From an uncultured Candidatus Binatia bacterium (GTDB lineage Bacteria; Desulfobacterota; Binatia; Bin18), in the NCBI GenBank assembly GCA_965214605.1, contig OZ243961.1:672001-736000 (forward strand): a DNA stretch of 64,000 nucleotides, read 5' to 3'. Positions 10,247 to 20,173 of this stretch are shown here, in pieces. Made by a program: the position numbers and the translations under genes. The first letter of the stretch is position 1; each line of letters begins with the position of its first letter. Below the pieces are notes generated by a model, which worked only from the letters and a program-made list of their open reading frames with translations, did not search any database and was not told the DNA's origin.

Positions 10247-11011
10247 ATGGCCAGCCGCCGTCCGCTCCTCGTCGGGAACTGGAAAATGCACGGCACAAGG
10301 GCTGAGACCGAGAGTCTGCTGTCAGCCCTCATCAGCGCGCTGAGCGGCGTTGATCCTGCCGAGCGAGAAATTGTCGTGGCCCCGCCGTTTAGCGTCTTGG
10401 AGACGGCGGCTCGCCTGCTGGCCAACACGTCCATCCGTTTGGCCGCCCAGAATCTCCACTGGGCACAGCACGGAGCGTTCACCGGCGAGGTTTCGGGCCC
10501 CATGCTCAAAGAAGTGGGCTGTTCCTACGTCATTCTTGGACATTCTGAGCGCCGTCAGTATTTCGCCGATACCGACGAGAGCGTGTCCCGCAAGGTTGGA
10601 GCGGCCCAGCGGAACGGGCTGCTGCCGATCGTGTGTGTGGGTGAATCCCTCGAAGAACGTGAGAGCGGAGCAACCCTAGCGGTCATCACCCGCCAAATCC
10701 AAGGCGCCCTCTATAATCAAGATCCGACAGGCCTAGTAGACATCATTATTGCCTACGAACCAATCTGGGCAATCGGGACGGGACGCAGCGCGACACCAGA
10801 CCAGGCCCGGGAAGTCCACGCGTCTATACGCACGACCCTGAGGAATCTAACCAACCCGGCCACGGCCGACGCGATCCGCCTACTGTACGGCGGCAGTGTC
10901 AAACCGGACAACGTCGACGCGCTTATGGCCCAAACAGATATAGACGGGGCCCTAGTCGGCGGGGCCAGCCTACAGGCGGACTCCTTTGCCCGGATCGTCA
11001 AGTTCCGCTAG
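10247..11011 (+). CDS. tpiA: Triosephosphate isomerase
   Basis: GNWKM, GHSERR, AYEPIWAIGTG, LYGGSV, LVGGASL. Confidence 0.98.
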   Translation: MASRRPLLVGNWKMHGTRAETESLLSALISALSGVDPAEREIVVAPPFSVLETAARLLANTSIRLAAQNLHWAQHGAFTGEVSGPMLKEVGCSYVILGHSERRQYFADTDESVSRKVGAAQRNGLLPIVCVGESLEERESGATLAVITRQIQGALYNQDPTGLVDIIIAYEPIWAIGTGRSATPDQAREVHASIRTTLRNLTNPATADAIRLLYGGSVKPDNVDALMAQTDIDGALVGGASLQADSFARIVKFR

Positions 11012-11021
11012 AATCTACGCT

Positions 11022-11486
11022 ATGTCTTTCACGTTGGTGAGTATTGTTCATATTCTAGCCTGCTTTTTCTTGGTCCTAGTCGTCCTGCTCCAGACTGGTA
11101 AGGGATCAGACGTTGGGGCTGTCTTCGGCGGATCCAGCCAAACCATCTTTGGCAGCTCAGGTGCCGGCAATTTGCTGACCAAAACCACCACCGGTATTGC
11201 TATTCTGTTCATGCTCACCTCCCTCTTCCTGTCCTACGGAGCGACCCGTCGGACAACCGACAGTCTGTTTGATGCGATTTCGACTGAGAGTTCGACCCTC
11301 CAGGAAGAGCTGCCAGCAGACACCCCAGGTGCAGGAGCCGAGTCAACTCCCAGTGCTCAAAGCCCGATGGATCAGTCTGAAACAGCCGCGGCCGATACAG
11401 ACCCGAGCATGACAGATGCAAGCGACGCTGCCCTGCCCTCAGCCTCTTCAGAGGTGGCAGCCGACACACCGCCGGCCACACGCTAG
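11022..11486 (+). CDS. secG: Preprotein translocase subunit SecG, with long acidic low-complexity C-tail
   Basis: VLLQTGKGSDVGAVFGG...FGSSGAGNLLTKTT; follows tpiA and precedes tRNA-Leu; ATG at 11022. Confidence 0.93.
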   Translation: MSFTLVSIVHILACFFLVLVVLLQTGKGSDVGAVFGGSSQTIFGSSGAGNLLTKTTTGIAILFMLTSLFLSYGATRRTTDSLFDAISTESSTLQEELPADTPGAGAESTPSAQSPMDQSETAAADTDPSMTDASDAALPSASSEVAADTPPATR

Positions 11487-11573
11487 CACAACGGGGCCTT
11501 ATCCGGATGTCGACGCGGGAGAGAAGACCCTCTAGACCCGCCCTTTTTGTCCAGCTAAGATTTGTGCTCATCA

Positions 11574-11600
11574 GCGGATGCGGCCCGCATCCGTGTTTTT
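11574..11600 (+). terminator. GC hairpin followed by T-run (possible intrinsic terminator or processing stem)
   Basis: gcggatgcg-gcc-cgcatccgt followed by gttttt. Confidence 0.45.
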
Positions 11601-11611
11601 ATATCGCTCTT

Positions 11612-11695
<84 letters not shown>

Positions 11696-11779
11696 CTCTT
11701 ATCCGACTCCGGCATCTTTTTCTTCTGCCCGTCTTGGTCTTGATTGACTCCTTTCCGAGCTTGTGAGACACAGGACCCT

Positions 11780-14380
11780 ATGGCACACGATCCGACTACA
11801 GCTCCTTCCCCGTCCGACTTCGCTGACCGCCGCTCCCTGTTTCGCCTCGATAACGGCCTGCGGGTCGTCATTCATGAAGATCACTTTGCGCCGGTAGTGG
11901 CAATTCAAGTCTGGGTCAAGGCCGGGAGCGCAGACGAGACACCCGACGTTGCCGGGGCGGCCCATGTGCATGAACACATGATCTTTAAAGGCACCGAGCG
12001 GCGGCCGGTTGGCGCGATTGCGGCCGAGGTCGAATCGTCCGGCGGCATTATCAACGCTTTTACCTCTGCCGACTATACCGTCTATCATCTCGTCTTAGCC
12101 TCGCGCCACTGTCGCACCGGCCTCGATATCCTAGCCGACGCTATGCACAGCTCGAGCTTTGACCCCCATGAGCTAGAAAAAGAGCTCCAGGTGGTGATGG
12201 AAGAGTGGAAACGCAGCGAAGATTCCCCAACCTCACGTGCAACAACAGAGCTGTTTCGCCTAGCCTATACCTGCCATCCCTATGGCCGCCCGGTGATCGG
12301 CTTTCGAGAAACCGTTGAGTCCCTCAACCACGAACGCGTCGTCAACTTCTATCTCCGCTGGTATCACCCCAATAATATGACCCTCGTCGTTGTTGGAGAC
12401 GTTGACCGTCGAGTGGTTGAACGTGAGGTACATGAGCTGTTTGCCCATCACCCGCGCACCCCCCTTCCGGCACGGCCCCGTGTGGCCGAACCACCCCAGC
12501 GCGAGATTCGCCTGTCTGGCCTCGCCATGAACGTTGAGGAATCCTACTTATATCTGGGTTTCCCCATTCCTGAGGCTGTCCACACCGATATTTTTGCTCT
12601 AGACCTCTTGGGCTTTATTCTGGGCGGTGGCGAGAGTTCACGTCTGGTACAAACCGTTCAGGTCGAAAAAGAACTGGTCAATTGGATCTCGGCCAGCGCC
12701 TATAGCCCGGCCGATCCAGGTCTGTTTATTATCGCCGCTGCCCTAGAGCAGGACAAAGTTCGGTCCGCGCTGCAAGACATGCTGAGGGCGATTGCCGACT
12801 GTCAAGATCGGCTAGTCTCCACCCATGAACTCGCCCGGGCCCGAACAAATTTGGCGAGCGACTTTACCTATCGGCGTGAAACCGTCCAGGGCCAGGCTCG
12901 CCAGCTGGGCTACTTTCTGAGTGTATTCGATGATCCAGACTACGAAGACCGCTATCTAGCAGGGCTAGCCGCAGTCACCCGGCAAGATATTCTGCGCGTG
13001 GCTCAGCGCTATCTCACTACTGAGAGCCTGTCTCTCGTGTTGCTTGGAGCGGAAGCCCAGTCGAGCTTACCAACAGCAGCTGACATTCGCGCCTGGAGAG
13101 AAACAGGACGGCCGACATCAGCCCAAGCCCCAACGGTTTTAGCCGCCAAGAACGGCCAGGTCTCGTATACCGAGCTGGACAACGGCATTCGCCTGCTGGT
13201 TAAAGAACATCACAACGTCCCCGTCGTGTCGCTCCAGGCATGCATGCTGGGCGGGGTGCTGTTTGAAAATGACCGCAACGCCGGGGTGAATACCCTCATC
13301 GCCGGACTGCTGACCCGTGGCAGCGAACACTTCTCACGTCTTGAGCTGACGGAAGCTGTCGAATCGCTGGCCGGTAGTCTCAACGGGTTTTCGGGCCGCA
13401 ACAGTCTCGGCCTGAGTGGCTCGTTTCTGTCGAGCCAGGCGACGGCAGGGTTGGAACTTTTTCTCGACGCCTTACTCCACCCGATTTTCCCGGCCAACGA
13501 GGTCGGAAAGCGACGGCGCGAAATCCTGCTGGCTCTCAAGAACCGCGAAGACGAGTTGGCGCAGATCGCCCTTGACCTGTTCTACGCAACTATCTTTACC
13601 GCCCACCCGTACCGCTTGCTACCGCTGGGCCGGGTCGAGAGCGTGCAATCTCTGCAACAAGAGCAGCTGGCCAGCTATTACCACACCATACTCAATCCCC
13701 GCAATCTCGTGGTTAGCGCTGTCGGCGATGTTGATACCGACGAGTTGATCGCCTTCCTGCGGTCCAGCCTTGAAGCCGTGCCAGCCGTTTCAAGCAAGCT
13801 GTCCCTGCCCCCCCTTGAGCCGCGCCCAACAAGTCCGCGTCGCCAGACAAAGGCGGTCGATAAGCAACAGGCACATATCGTCTTTGGCTATCAGGGCGTG
13901 TCTCTGGACAACACAGATCGCTATGTCTTCAAAATCATCGACGCGCTACTCTCCAGACAGGGCGGCCGCCTGTTTTACGAGCTGCGTGAAAAACTTGCCC
14001 TGGCCTATTCCGTTACCGCGTTCAGCGTCGAGGGCCTGGCCCCAGGCGCGTTTGGTATCTATATCGGCACCGATCCCAATAAGGTCGACGAAGCCGTCGA
14101 GGCAGCGCGATACGAACTGCGGCGGCTGTGCCAGCAACCGGTCAACGCCGACGAACTCGAACAGGCCAAGAAGTACCTGACCGGCAGTTATGAAATTTCC
14201 CTGCAGTCCAACGGTTCTCAAGCTGAAGAGATGGCGTTTAATGAGCTCTACGGATTGGGCTATAACAACGGACGGCGCTATCTCGCGGCGCTAGACGCTG
14301 TGACTGAGGAAGACGTACAGCGGGTGGCCCAAACCTATTTTGACGAGTACACAGAGACCTTGGTCGTGGTGGGTAAATAG
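11780..14380 (+). CDS. M16 (pitrilysin/PqqL-like) zinc peptidase, fused two-module form
   Basis: HxxEH (HVHEHMIFKGT), NAFTS, HPYGRPVIG; second LDNG module lacks the Zn motif; no signal peptide. Confidence 0.9.
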   Translation: MAHDPTTAPSPSDFADRRSLFRLDNGLRVVIHEDHFAPVVAIQVWVKAGSADETPDVAGAAHVHEHMIFKGTERRPVGAIAAEVESSGGIINAFTSADYTVYHLVLASRHCRTGLDILADAMHSSSFDPHELEKELQVVMEEWKRSEDSPTSRATTELFRLAYTCHPYGRPVIGFRETVESLNHERVVNFYLRWYHPNNMTLVVVGDVDRRVVEREVHELFAHHPRTPLPARPRVAEPPQREIRLSGLAMNVEESYLYLGFPIPEAVHTDIFALDLLGFILGGGESSRLVQTVQVEKELVNWISASAYSPADPGLFIIAAALEQDKVRSALQDMLRAIADCQDRLVSTHELARARTNLASDFTYRRETVQGQARQLGYFLSVFDDPDYEDRYLAGLAAVTRQDILRVAQRYLTTESLSLVLLGAEAQSSLPTAADIRAWRETGRPTSAQAPTVLAAKNGQVSYTELDNGIRLLVKEHHNVPVVSLQACMLGGVLFENDRNAGVNTLIAGLLTRGSEHFSRLELTEAVESLAGSLNGFSGRNSLGLSGSFLSSQATAGLELFLDALLHPIFPANEVGKRRREILLALKNREDELAQIALDLFYATIFTAHPYRLLPLGRVESVQSLQQEQLASYYHTILNPRNLVVSAVGDVDTDELIAFLRSSLEAVPAVSSKLSLPPLEPRPTSPRRQTKAVDKQQAHIVFGYQGVSLDNTDRYVFKIIDALLSRQGGRLFYELREKLALAYSVTAFSVEGLAPGAFGIYIGTDPNKVDEAVEAARYELRRLCQQPVNADELEQAKKYLTGSYEISLQSNGSQAEEMAFNELYGLGYNNGRRYLAALDAVTEEDVQRVAQTYFDEYTETLVVVGK

Positions 14381-14410
14381 GACCGAGGAAGTCCAGACTG
14401 GAGAGGTGGC

Positions 14411-15307
14411 GTGGAGCGTTGGCTATGCCTGTCTGTCACGGTTCCGCACGAGGCGGTCGAGGCGGTGTCAAATTTTCTGCTCGAACAAGGATCACTAGGT
14501 ATTATCGAGGACGAGCGTGATCCGGCCGCCCCTGAGGCTCCGACAACGACTGTCCAAGCGTTCTTTACAGCTGACAGCCCAGGCCCCGCCCTCTGCTCGG
14601 TGCTGAGCCGCTATTTGAATCAGCTCTCGGAACTCTTCCTCCAACTTGACCTCTCCCATCGGGTGCGGCTCAGCGAGGTCAGCAGTCAGGCCTGGCAAAA
14701 CCGGTGGCGTGAACACTTTCGGCCGCTTGAGGTTGGCTCGCGCTTTCTGGTTATGCCGCCCTGGGAGCCGGCTCCAGTTCAAACCCAGCGCTCCTGTCTT
14801 GTCATCAATCCGGGCATGGCTTTCGGCACTGGCCACCACGCCACGACTCGGAGCTGTTTGGCAGCGATTGAAGCGCTGTGTCTAGCCCACGGCACACCAA
14901 GCCGGGCACTAGATGTCGGAACCGGCTCGGGGATTCTTAGCATTGCGTTGGCCCGACTCGACTGCCGTGAGATATGGGCCATAGATACCGACCCGGTTGC
15001 CCTGACCGAGGCGCGCAAAAATCTCGCCGCCAACCGTGTCAGCGCGGCTGTTCGGCTGAGCGGACAGACGCTTGAGTCGCTGCCAGTACCGTTTCCGCTC
15101 ATCGTTGCCAATCTGTTTGCCCATACCCTTATTGAGCTGGCCGCTTCACTGACTCAGGCCACAACGCAGAGTGGCCACCTCATTCTGTCGGGCATCGAGT
15201 CTGAGCAAGCCGCCGATGTGGAGGCGGCATTTTCGGCTCCGATGTGGCGTGGGCAGGCCCGTGTCGTGGATGACGAATGGGTTACCTTGGTCCGCCAACG
15301 ACTGTAA
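14411..15307 (+). CDS. prmA: 50S ribosomal protein L11 methyltransferase
   Basis: INPGMAFGTGHHATT, LDVGTGSGILSI, LILSGI. Confidence 0.93.
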   Translation: MERWLCLSVTVPHEAVEAVSNFLLEQGSLGIIEDERDPAAPEAPTTTVQAFFTADSPGPALCSVLSRYLNQLSELFLQLDLSHRVRLSEVSSQAWQNRWREHFRPLEVGSRFLVMPPWEPAPVQTQRSCLVINPGMAFGTGHHATTRSCLAAIEALCLAHGTPSRALDVGTGSGILSIALARLDCREIWAIDTDPVALTEARKNLAANRVSAAVRLSGQTLESLPVPFPLIVANLFAHTLIELAASLTQATTQSGHLILSGIESEQAADVEAAFSAPMWRGQARVVDDEWVTLVRQRL

Positions 15308-15320
15308 CAGCCTTCGGACG

Positions 15321-16046
15321 ATGAGACGGTTTTTCATTCGCTCCTCTGCAATACACGCCTCCCGGGCTGTTCTGAGCGGACCGGAATACCATCACCTCCG
15401 CCATGTTCTTCGCCTCCAGATCGGCGACCAGCTCGCCCTACGTGATGAACGAGCCACCGAATATCGGGGAATAATCAGCCACTTCTCTTCTCAGAAAGCC
15501 ACTATTACCATCCAGTCTGTGGTTGGTACGTCGCCCTCCTCTTTCACCCTCACCCTGGCGTTGGGATTGCTCAAGAGCCCCAAGATGGACCTGGTGATTG
15601 AGAAAGTCACCGAACTCGGCGTGCAGACCATCATGCCCTTCTTTTCCACCAATACAGTCGTCAACTTGCCCCAAGAGCGCCTGGCCCAGCGCCTGGCCCG
15701 TTGGCATCGTGTTGCCCAAAGCGCGGCCAAGCAGTCCGGTATCCGCCTGCCTCATATCACGGCACCCTACTCTTTCGCCCAGCTCCTCGCCACGGTTCCC
15801 GCCCCAGAGCCCACGCTCCTGTTCTATGAACACGAGCAAGTCCTCAGCCTCAGAGCATTTGCCGCTACGCACCGAGTGCTGTCCAGCCTGTGTATTGTGA
15901 TCGGGTCTGAGGGCGGTTTCACCCCTCAGGAGGTCAGCCAGGCCCAAGCCGCCGGCTTCACGGTCGCCAGCCTTGGTCCGTCGATCCTCCGCGCCGAAAC
16001 GGCTGGCATTGCGGCCGTCAGCCTGTGTCAGTATCTGTGGCGGTAA
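15321..16046 (+). CDS. rsmE: 16S rRNA m3U1498 methyltransferase
   Basis: HHLRHVLRL, EKVTELGV, IGSEGGF, LGPSILRAETA; ATG at 15321. Confidence 0.95.
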   Translation: MRRFFIRSSAIHASRAVLSGPEYHHLRHVLRLQIGDQLALRDERATEYRGIISHFSSQKATITIQSVVGTSPSSFTLTLALGLLKSPKMDLVIEKVTELGVQTIMPFFSTNTVVNLPQERLAQRLARWHRVAQSAAKQSGIRLPHITAPYSFAQLLATVPAPEPTLLFYEHEQVLSLRAFAATHRVLSSLCIVIGSEGGFTPQEVSQAQAAGFTVASLGPSILRAETAGIAAVSLCQYLWR

Positions 16047-16141
16047 GTCGCCCGACTCGGTAAGCGGAGCCCTCTTGCCTTTCCTGGGCCGAATGCCTAG
16101 CATGCCGCTTCCAGCGTATAACAGCATGGGAGCACTGCTCT

Positions 16142-17110
16142 ATGGAACGCCTGCGTTTTGCCTTCGTTATGGACCCCATCCAAGACGTTCTGATCGACAA
16201 AGACACGACCTTTGTCTTTATGCTCGAAGCCCAGAAGCGAGGTTACGAGCTTGCTTATATCGAAATGGACGATCTTTTCATTGAGCGGACCACACCAATG
16301 GCCCGCACCCGGCGGATCGAACTGCGGCGTGAACAGGGGAACCACTTTACCTTTCTTGGCCAGGCAGTCGAACCGCTGGGGGGGTTTGACGCGATTTTTA
16401 TGCGTAAAGACCCACCGTTTGATATTGCCTATCTTCACGCCACTCAGCTGCTCGATCTGGCCCAAGCTGCCGGCGCCGTGGTACTCAACAATCCAAGCGG
16501 TTTGCGCGCTGCCAACGAAAAACTCTTTGCTCTCAACTTCTCCTCCGTCATTCCCGCAACGCTAGTGTCTCAGGACGCCGAGCGTCTCAAAGCCTTTCTC
16601 AAAGAACTCGGTGGAGAGATGATTATTAAGCCCGTTGACGGACACGGTGGCGCGGGCGTTTTCTACGTGCAGCAGGAGGACCGGAACCTAAACTCCATCC
16701 TGGAAACAGCGACCAACGAGGGGCGTGCACCGATTATCGCCCAGCAGTATCTTCCAGCCGTACGGCAGGGCGATAAACGTCTCATTGTGCTCAACGGTGA
16801 GCCGTTGGGCTGCACTCTACGGGTTCCACGCGCCGACGAACACCGGGGCAACATACATGTGGGCGGTACCTGCATCAAAGCGAACATCACACCGCGCGAT
16901 CGAGATATTTGCGCCCTCGTCGGGCCGCGCTTATGTCGGGAAGGGCTCTATTTTGTCGGCCTTGACATCATTGGCGAGTATCTGACCGAGGTCAATGTGA
17001 CGAGTCCGACCGGTGTGCAAGAGATCGACCGGCTTGATCGGGTCTGTCTCGAAGCCAAGGTCATTGACTTTGCCGAACAGAAGGTTGCAGAGCGTCAACA
17101 GCGGACCTAA
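16142..17110 (+). CDS. gshB: Glutathione synthetase
   Basis: FVMDPI, MRKDPPFD, NEKL, GDKR, LTEVNVTSPTG. Confidence 0.96.
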   Translation: MERLRFAFVMDPIQDVLIDKDTTFVFMLEAQKRGYELAYIEMDDLFIERTTPMARTRRIELRREQGNHFTFLGQAVEPLGGFDAIFMRKDPPFDIAYLHATQLLDLAQAAGAVVLNNPSGLRAANEKLFALNFSSVIPATLVSQDAERLKAFLKELGGEMIIKPVDGHGGAGVFYVQQEDRNLNSILETATNEGRAPIIAQQYLPAVRQGDKRLIVLNGEPLGCTLRVPRADEHRGNIHVGGTCIKANITPRDRDICALVGPRLCREGLYFVGLDIIGEYLTEVNVTSPTGVQEIDRLDRVCLEAKVIDFAEQKVAERQQRT

Positions 17111-17202
17111 GGCACCCTTGACTCGGTCGGTCGCATTCAGTACAAAACGCGAGGTGCGTGTAAGACAGGTTTCGCCTAGTGCGCTCCAGTGACCCTGAAC
17201 AT

Positions 17203-17275
<73 letters not shown>

Positions 17276-17292
17276 CACCCCTCCCCCGATCC

Positions 17293-18429
17293 TCAAGGCA
17301 GGCGATAGAGCTGCCCCACTGTCCCGCCCAACACAAGGTGCTGTTCTTGTAGCGAAAGGGATGCAATCGCCTCTCTCGTCTCGGTCAGGGCCTCAAGACT
17401 GCCGTCCCAGTGGGGGAAATCCGAGGCCCACATGAACTTCTCCGCCCCATGCTTCTGCACGATATAGGGGATTGTGCTCTCGTCCGGGTCAAACGAGATC
17501 CAGCACTGCCGGGCGAAATATTCGCTGGGCAGCTGTTTGAGGTCGGTCTTGTAGCCGATCTTTTTGAATTTTGAGTCCCAGCGGTCGAGGGCGTGCGGCA
17601 GCCAACCAGCCCCGCATTCCAGCAGATTGACCCTGAGCTGCGGAAAGCGGTCGAAGACCGCGCCCTGAAACAGGGCAGCAAAGGCTGCCTGCACATCGGC
17701 GACCAAGGGCACGCACTGATAGTACAGAAAGGACTCGTCCATAAAGTCTGTATTTTGGGCCGGGATCCATTGGTGACCGAGAAAGTCTTTATGGACGGCG
17801 ACATGGAACCCGATCGGCAGATCATGGTCCTGCAGAGCTGCCCAAAATGGGTCATAGGCCCGATTCCAGAAGGCCAGCTTATTGGCCGGGGCGGCGCACA
17901 CAAACACCCCTTTAGCCCCCAGGCTAGCCACCCGCTTGACCTCTTTGACCGCTTCGGCGATGTCCAGCAGGACAATATGAGCGATTGGGATCAGGCGCTT
18001 CGGGTCGGCTGAGCAAAAGTCGAGAATCCAGTTGTTGTAGGTCCGGCAGTAGGCCGCAGCCAACCTGGCGTCTTTGACCCCAGGCTCCCATATCAGACCC
18101 AGCGTTGGAAACAGCACCGACACATCAATGCCTTCGTCGTCCATCACGCGCAGCCGAGCCCCGGCTTCATACGCCCCTCGGGGGCCGTCTAGATAGCCAA
18201 ACTGCCCCGGGACAAAAATATCCTCAAAGGACCGGCCTATTCCCGCAGCAGTTGGGCCAATACCGCGGGTGATAAACAGCGGCTTGTCCTCAACTACGAG
18301 GAACTCCACCCCAGCCTCGTCTTTTTCCATGCGGATGGCCTGGCTTTTATACTTGGCTTCCAGATGATTCTGCCACAGGTCGGGTGGCTCAAGAATGTGT
18401 CCGTCGGCATCAATCACTCTCGCCTGCAT
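17293..18429 (-). CDS. Amidohydrolase_2 family metal-dependent hydrolase/decarboxylase
   Basis: IDADGHILEP, YNNW, LECGAGW, WASDFPHWD. Confidence 0.88.
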   Translation of the reverse strand: MQARVIDADGHILEPPDLWQNHLEAKYKSQAIRMEKDEAGVEFLVVEDKPLFITRGIGPTAAGIGRSFEDIFVPGQFGYLDGPRGAYEAGARLRVMDDEGIDVSVLFPTLGLIWEPGVKDARLAAAYCRTYNNWILDFCSADPKRLIPIAHIVLLDIAEAVKEVKRVASLGAKGVFVCAAPANKLAFWNRAYDPFWAALQDHDLPIGFHVAVHKDFLGHQWIPAQNTDFMDESFLYYQCVPLVADVQAAFAALFQGAVFDRFPQLRVNLLECGAGWLPHALDRWDSKFKKIGYKTDLKQLPSEYFARQCWISFDPDESTIPYIVQKHGAEKFMWASDFPHWDGSLEALTETREAIASLSLQEQHLVLGGTVGQLYRLP

Positions 18430-18739
18430 CGTATTCCTCCTTAACTCTCCCTATCTTTTTCGGGACGAACGGCGCTGCACCACGGCCACCGCAGCTGTAT
18501 AAACAGGGTCCACCATAGGAAGAACCTTCCTCAGCGTCAAATAGAGCAGGCGTTTCGCAGTTGCTTGACCTAGTCTAATGTGCATGCCGGGCGTGCCCAC
18601 TCTCGTCACATCAAACAGCTCGACAGGGACGGTGTGGGACTAAGGGGCTGGCTTCTCCCGGACTCTTGTGAGATCGGGACGAGCACCACCACCCTATAGG
18701 GCCTGTTGTGATCTCGTCTGGGTAGCCAAGAAAAACCTG

Positions 18740-19640
18740 ACAGTAGAAAAACTTGGTCTGCTCATCTATGGCACCCACCCAACCAACCGCGAGCTCCCCC
18801 TCCACATCCCGGATGATCCGGCACAATACTGGTCTTGTGCGTCCAGAAGCATAGTTACTTGCCGAAGAGCTAGACGTCTCCATATGTGTTTCCCTACGCG
18901 CCAAGAAATGCGCCCCGCGAAGGCCAGCAGCCGCTCGTCGAGGGCGAAGTATCCCCCTCCCCTTTGTGCTTATCCCTGGCCGATCTCAAACCGCTGCCCT
19001 CAACGACTTTGCAAGCTGTTTTCAAATGCGGCGGCAACAACTGGGCTCCTGTTTGCCCCAACAGTCGGGAGGTGCGCTCTAGAAACGAGGAGCTGTCAGT
19101 TGTAGCGAGTTGACTGGAGTTCGCCTGTGTGACACTGCAAAAGACCACACTGAAATCAAGCGCGGTCTACACTATCCACTTCCGGCGAAGACGAGCCGCT
19201 CGGCAAAGCCGCCCCCTTCTCCCAGGGACGGCCCATCGACAAAGCCGTGCAGAAAGATAGACTCATTGACTGCCAGATGAATGGCCAAGATCTGCCAATC
19301 CGCAACGACTCTCCCGTTCGTCCCCTTAATAGGTCAGGATGGATCAAGTCGGATTGGTAGTTGCTCTCAGAAATGACTCAGCCAGATTTGGTGGGGCCGC
19401 AAGACCGTGCATGACTCCCGCATATGGGCGGCTACTCCGAGCGCATTCCGGCTTACCTAACTGCAGAGGTTGCGCCTGAGCAGGGGAAGACACCGTCTCG
19501 TTGGCCTTCACTGACAAGAAGCACGCTTGCAGCCACTAGCTTGTGTTCACAGAGACTGTTATGAAATCTGGGCTCGGGCATTTGAGAATAGGGGAAATGC
19601 ACGGCCTTTCGACTAGCTGTGGAATCCCGAGGAAGCCCTA
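18740..19640 (+). pseudogene. Decayed sulfite oxidase family (SorA/SoxC-like) molybdoenzyme
   Basis: Colinear fragments in shifting frames: KLGLLIYGTHPTNRELPLHIPDD; LVEGEV..LSLADLKPLP..LQAVFKCGGN; GAVSCSELTGVRL; PFSQGRPIDKA..MNGQDLP; SQK*LSQIW; WNP. Confidence 0.75.
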
Positions 19641-19654
19641 GAGCATGTCATCCA

Positions 19655-20083
19655 TCACCTACCGAATTTAAATTTCAGCCTGACACGGGAGCGGCTCCAG
19701 ACCACGTAGCCCCAGCCGCCCAGTGTTCCACCGAGGGTATCGGCAATCACGTCTCTGATATCAGCCGTGCGCGCGGGCACGTATACCTGGTTCCACTCAT
19801 CGCTTAGTCCACACAGCATGGTAAAGACCATGGCCGATGCAACAACATTCGTCCCGGCCTGCTTTGTGGGCCAGGAATACCACACGGCCCGCACCCACAG
19901 CCAACCCAGACCGCCATACAGGACGCTGTGGACGCCTAGATCTACGGAGGGGACTGTCTGAGGGACGCTAAGTGATTGCCCAGAGAGGAAAAAAATAAAC
20001 CAGTAATAGCCGAGCACAGCTCCCCAGGGCATCAACCAGTGAGATCTTTTATCTTCTATCCTATTTGCGTTTGATTGGGCCAT
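19655..20083 (-). CDS. VanZ family membrane protein
   Basis: DLGVHSVLYGGL, DEWNQVYVPARTADIRDVIADTLG. Confidence 0.85.
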   Translation of the reverse strand: MAQSNANRIEDKRSHWLMPWGAVLGYYWFIFFLSGQSLSVPQTVPSVDLGVHSVLYGGLGWLWVRAVWYSWPTKQAGTNVVASAMVFTMLCGLSDEWNQVYVPARTADIRDVIADTLGGTLGGWGYVVWSRSRVRLKFKFGR

Positions 20084-20173
20084 CTATCGTCATCATCCCC
20101 TCTGTCGCGCCCGCTCGTCGGCCCTAACCGCGCCCCTAGCCCTAATCAGGGCAATTGGCAACGACCGAGCAGT

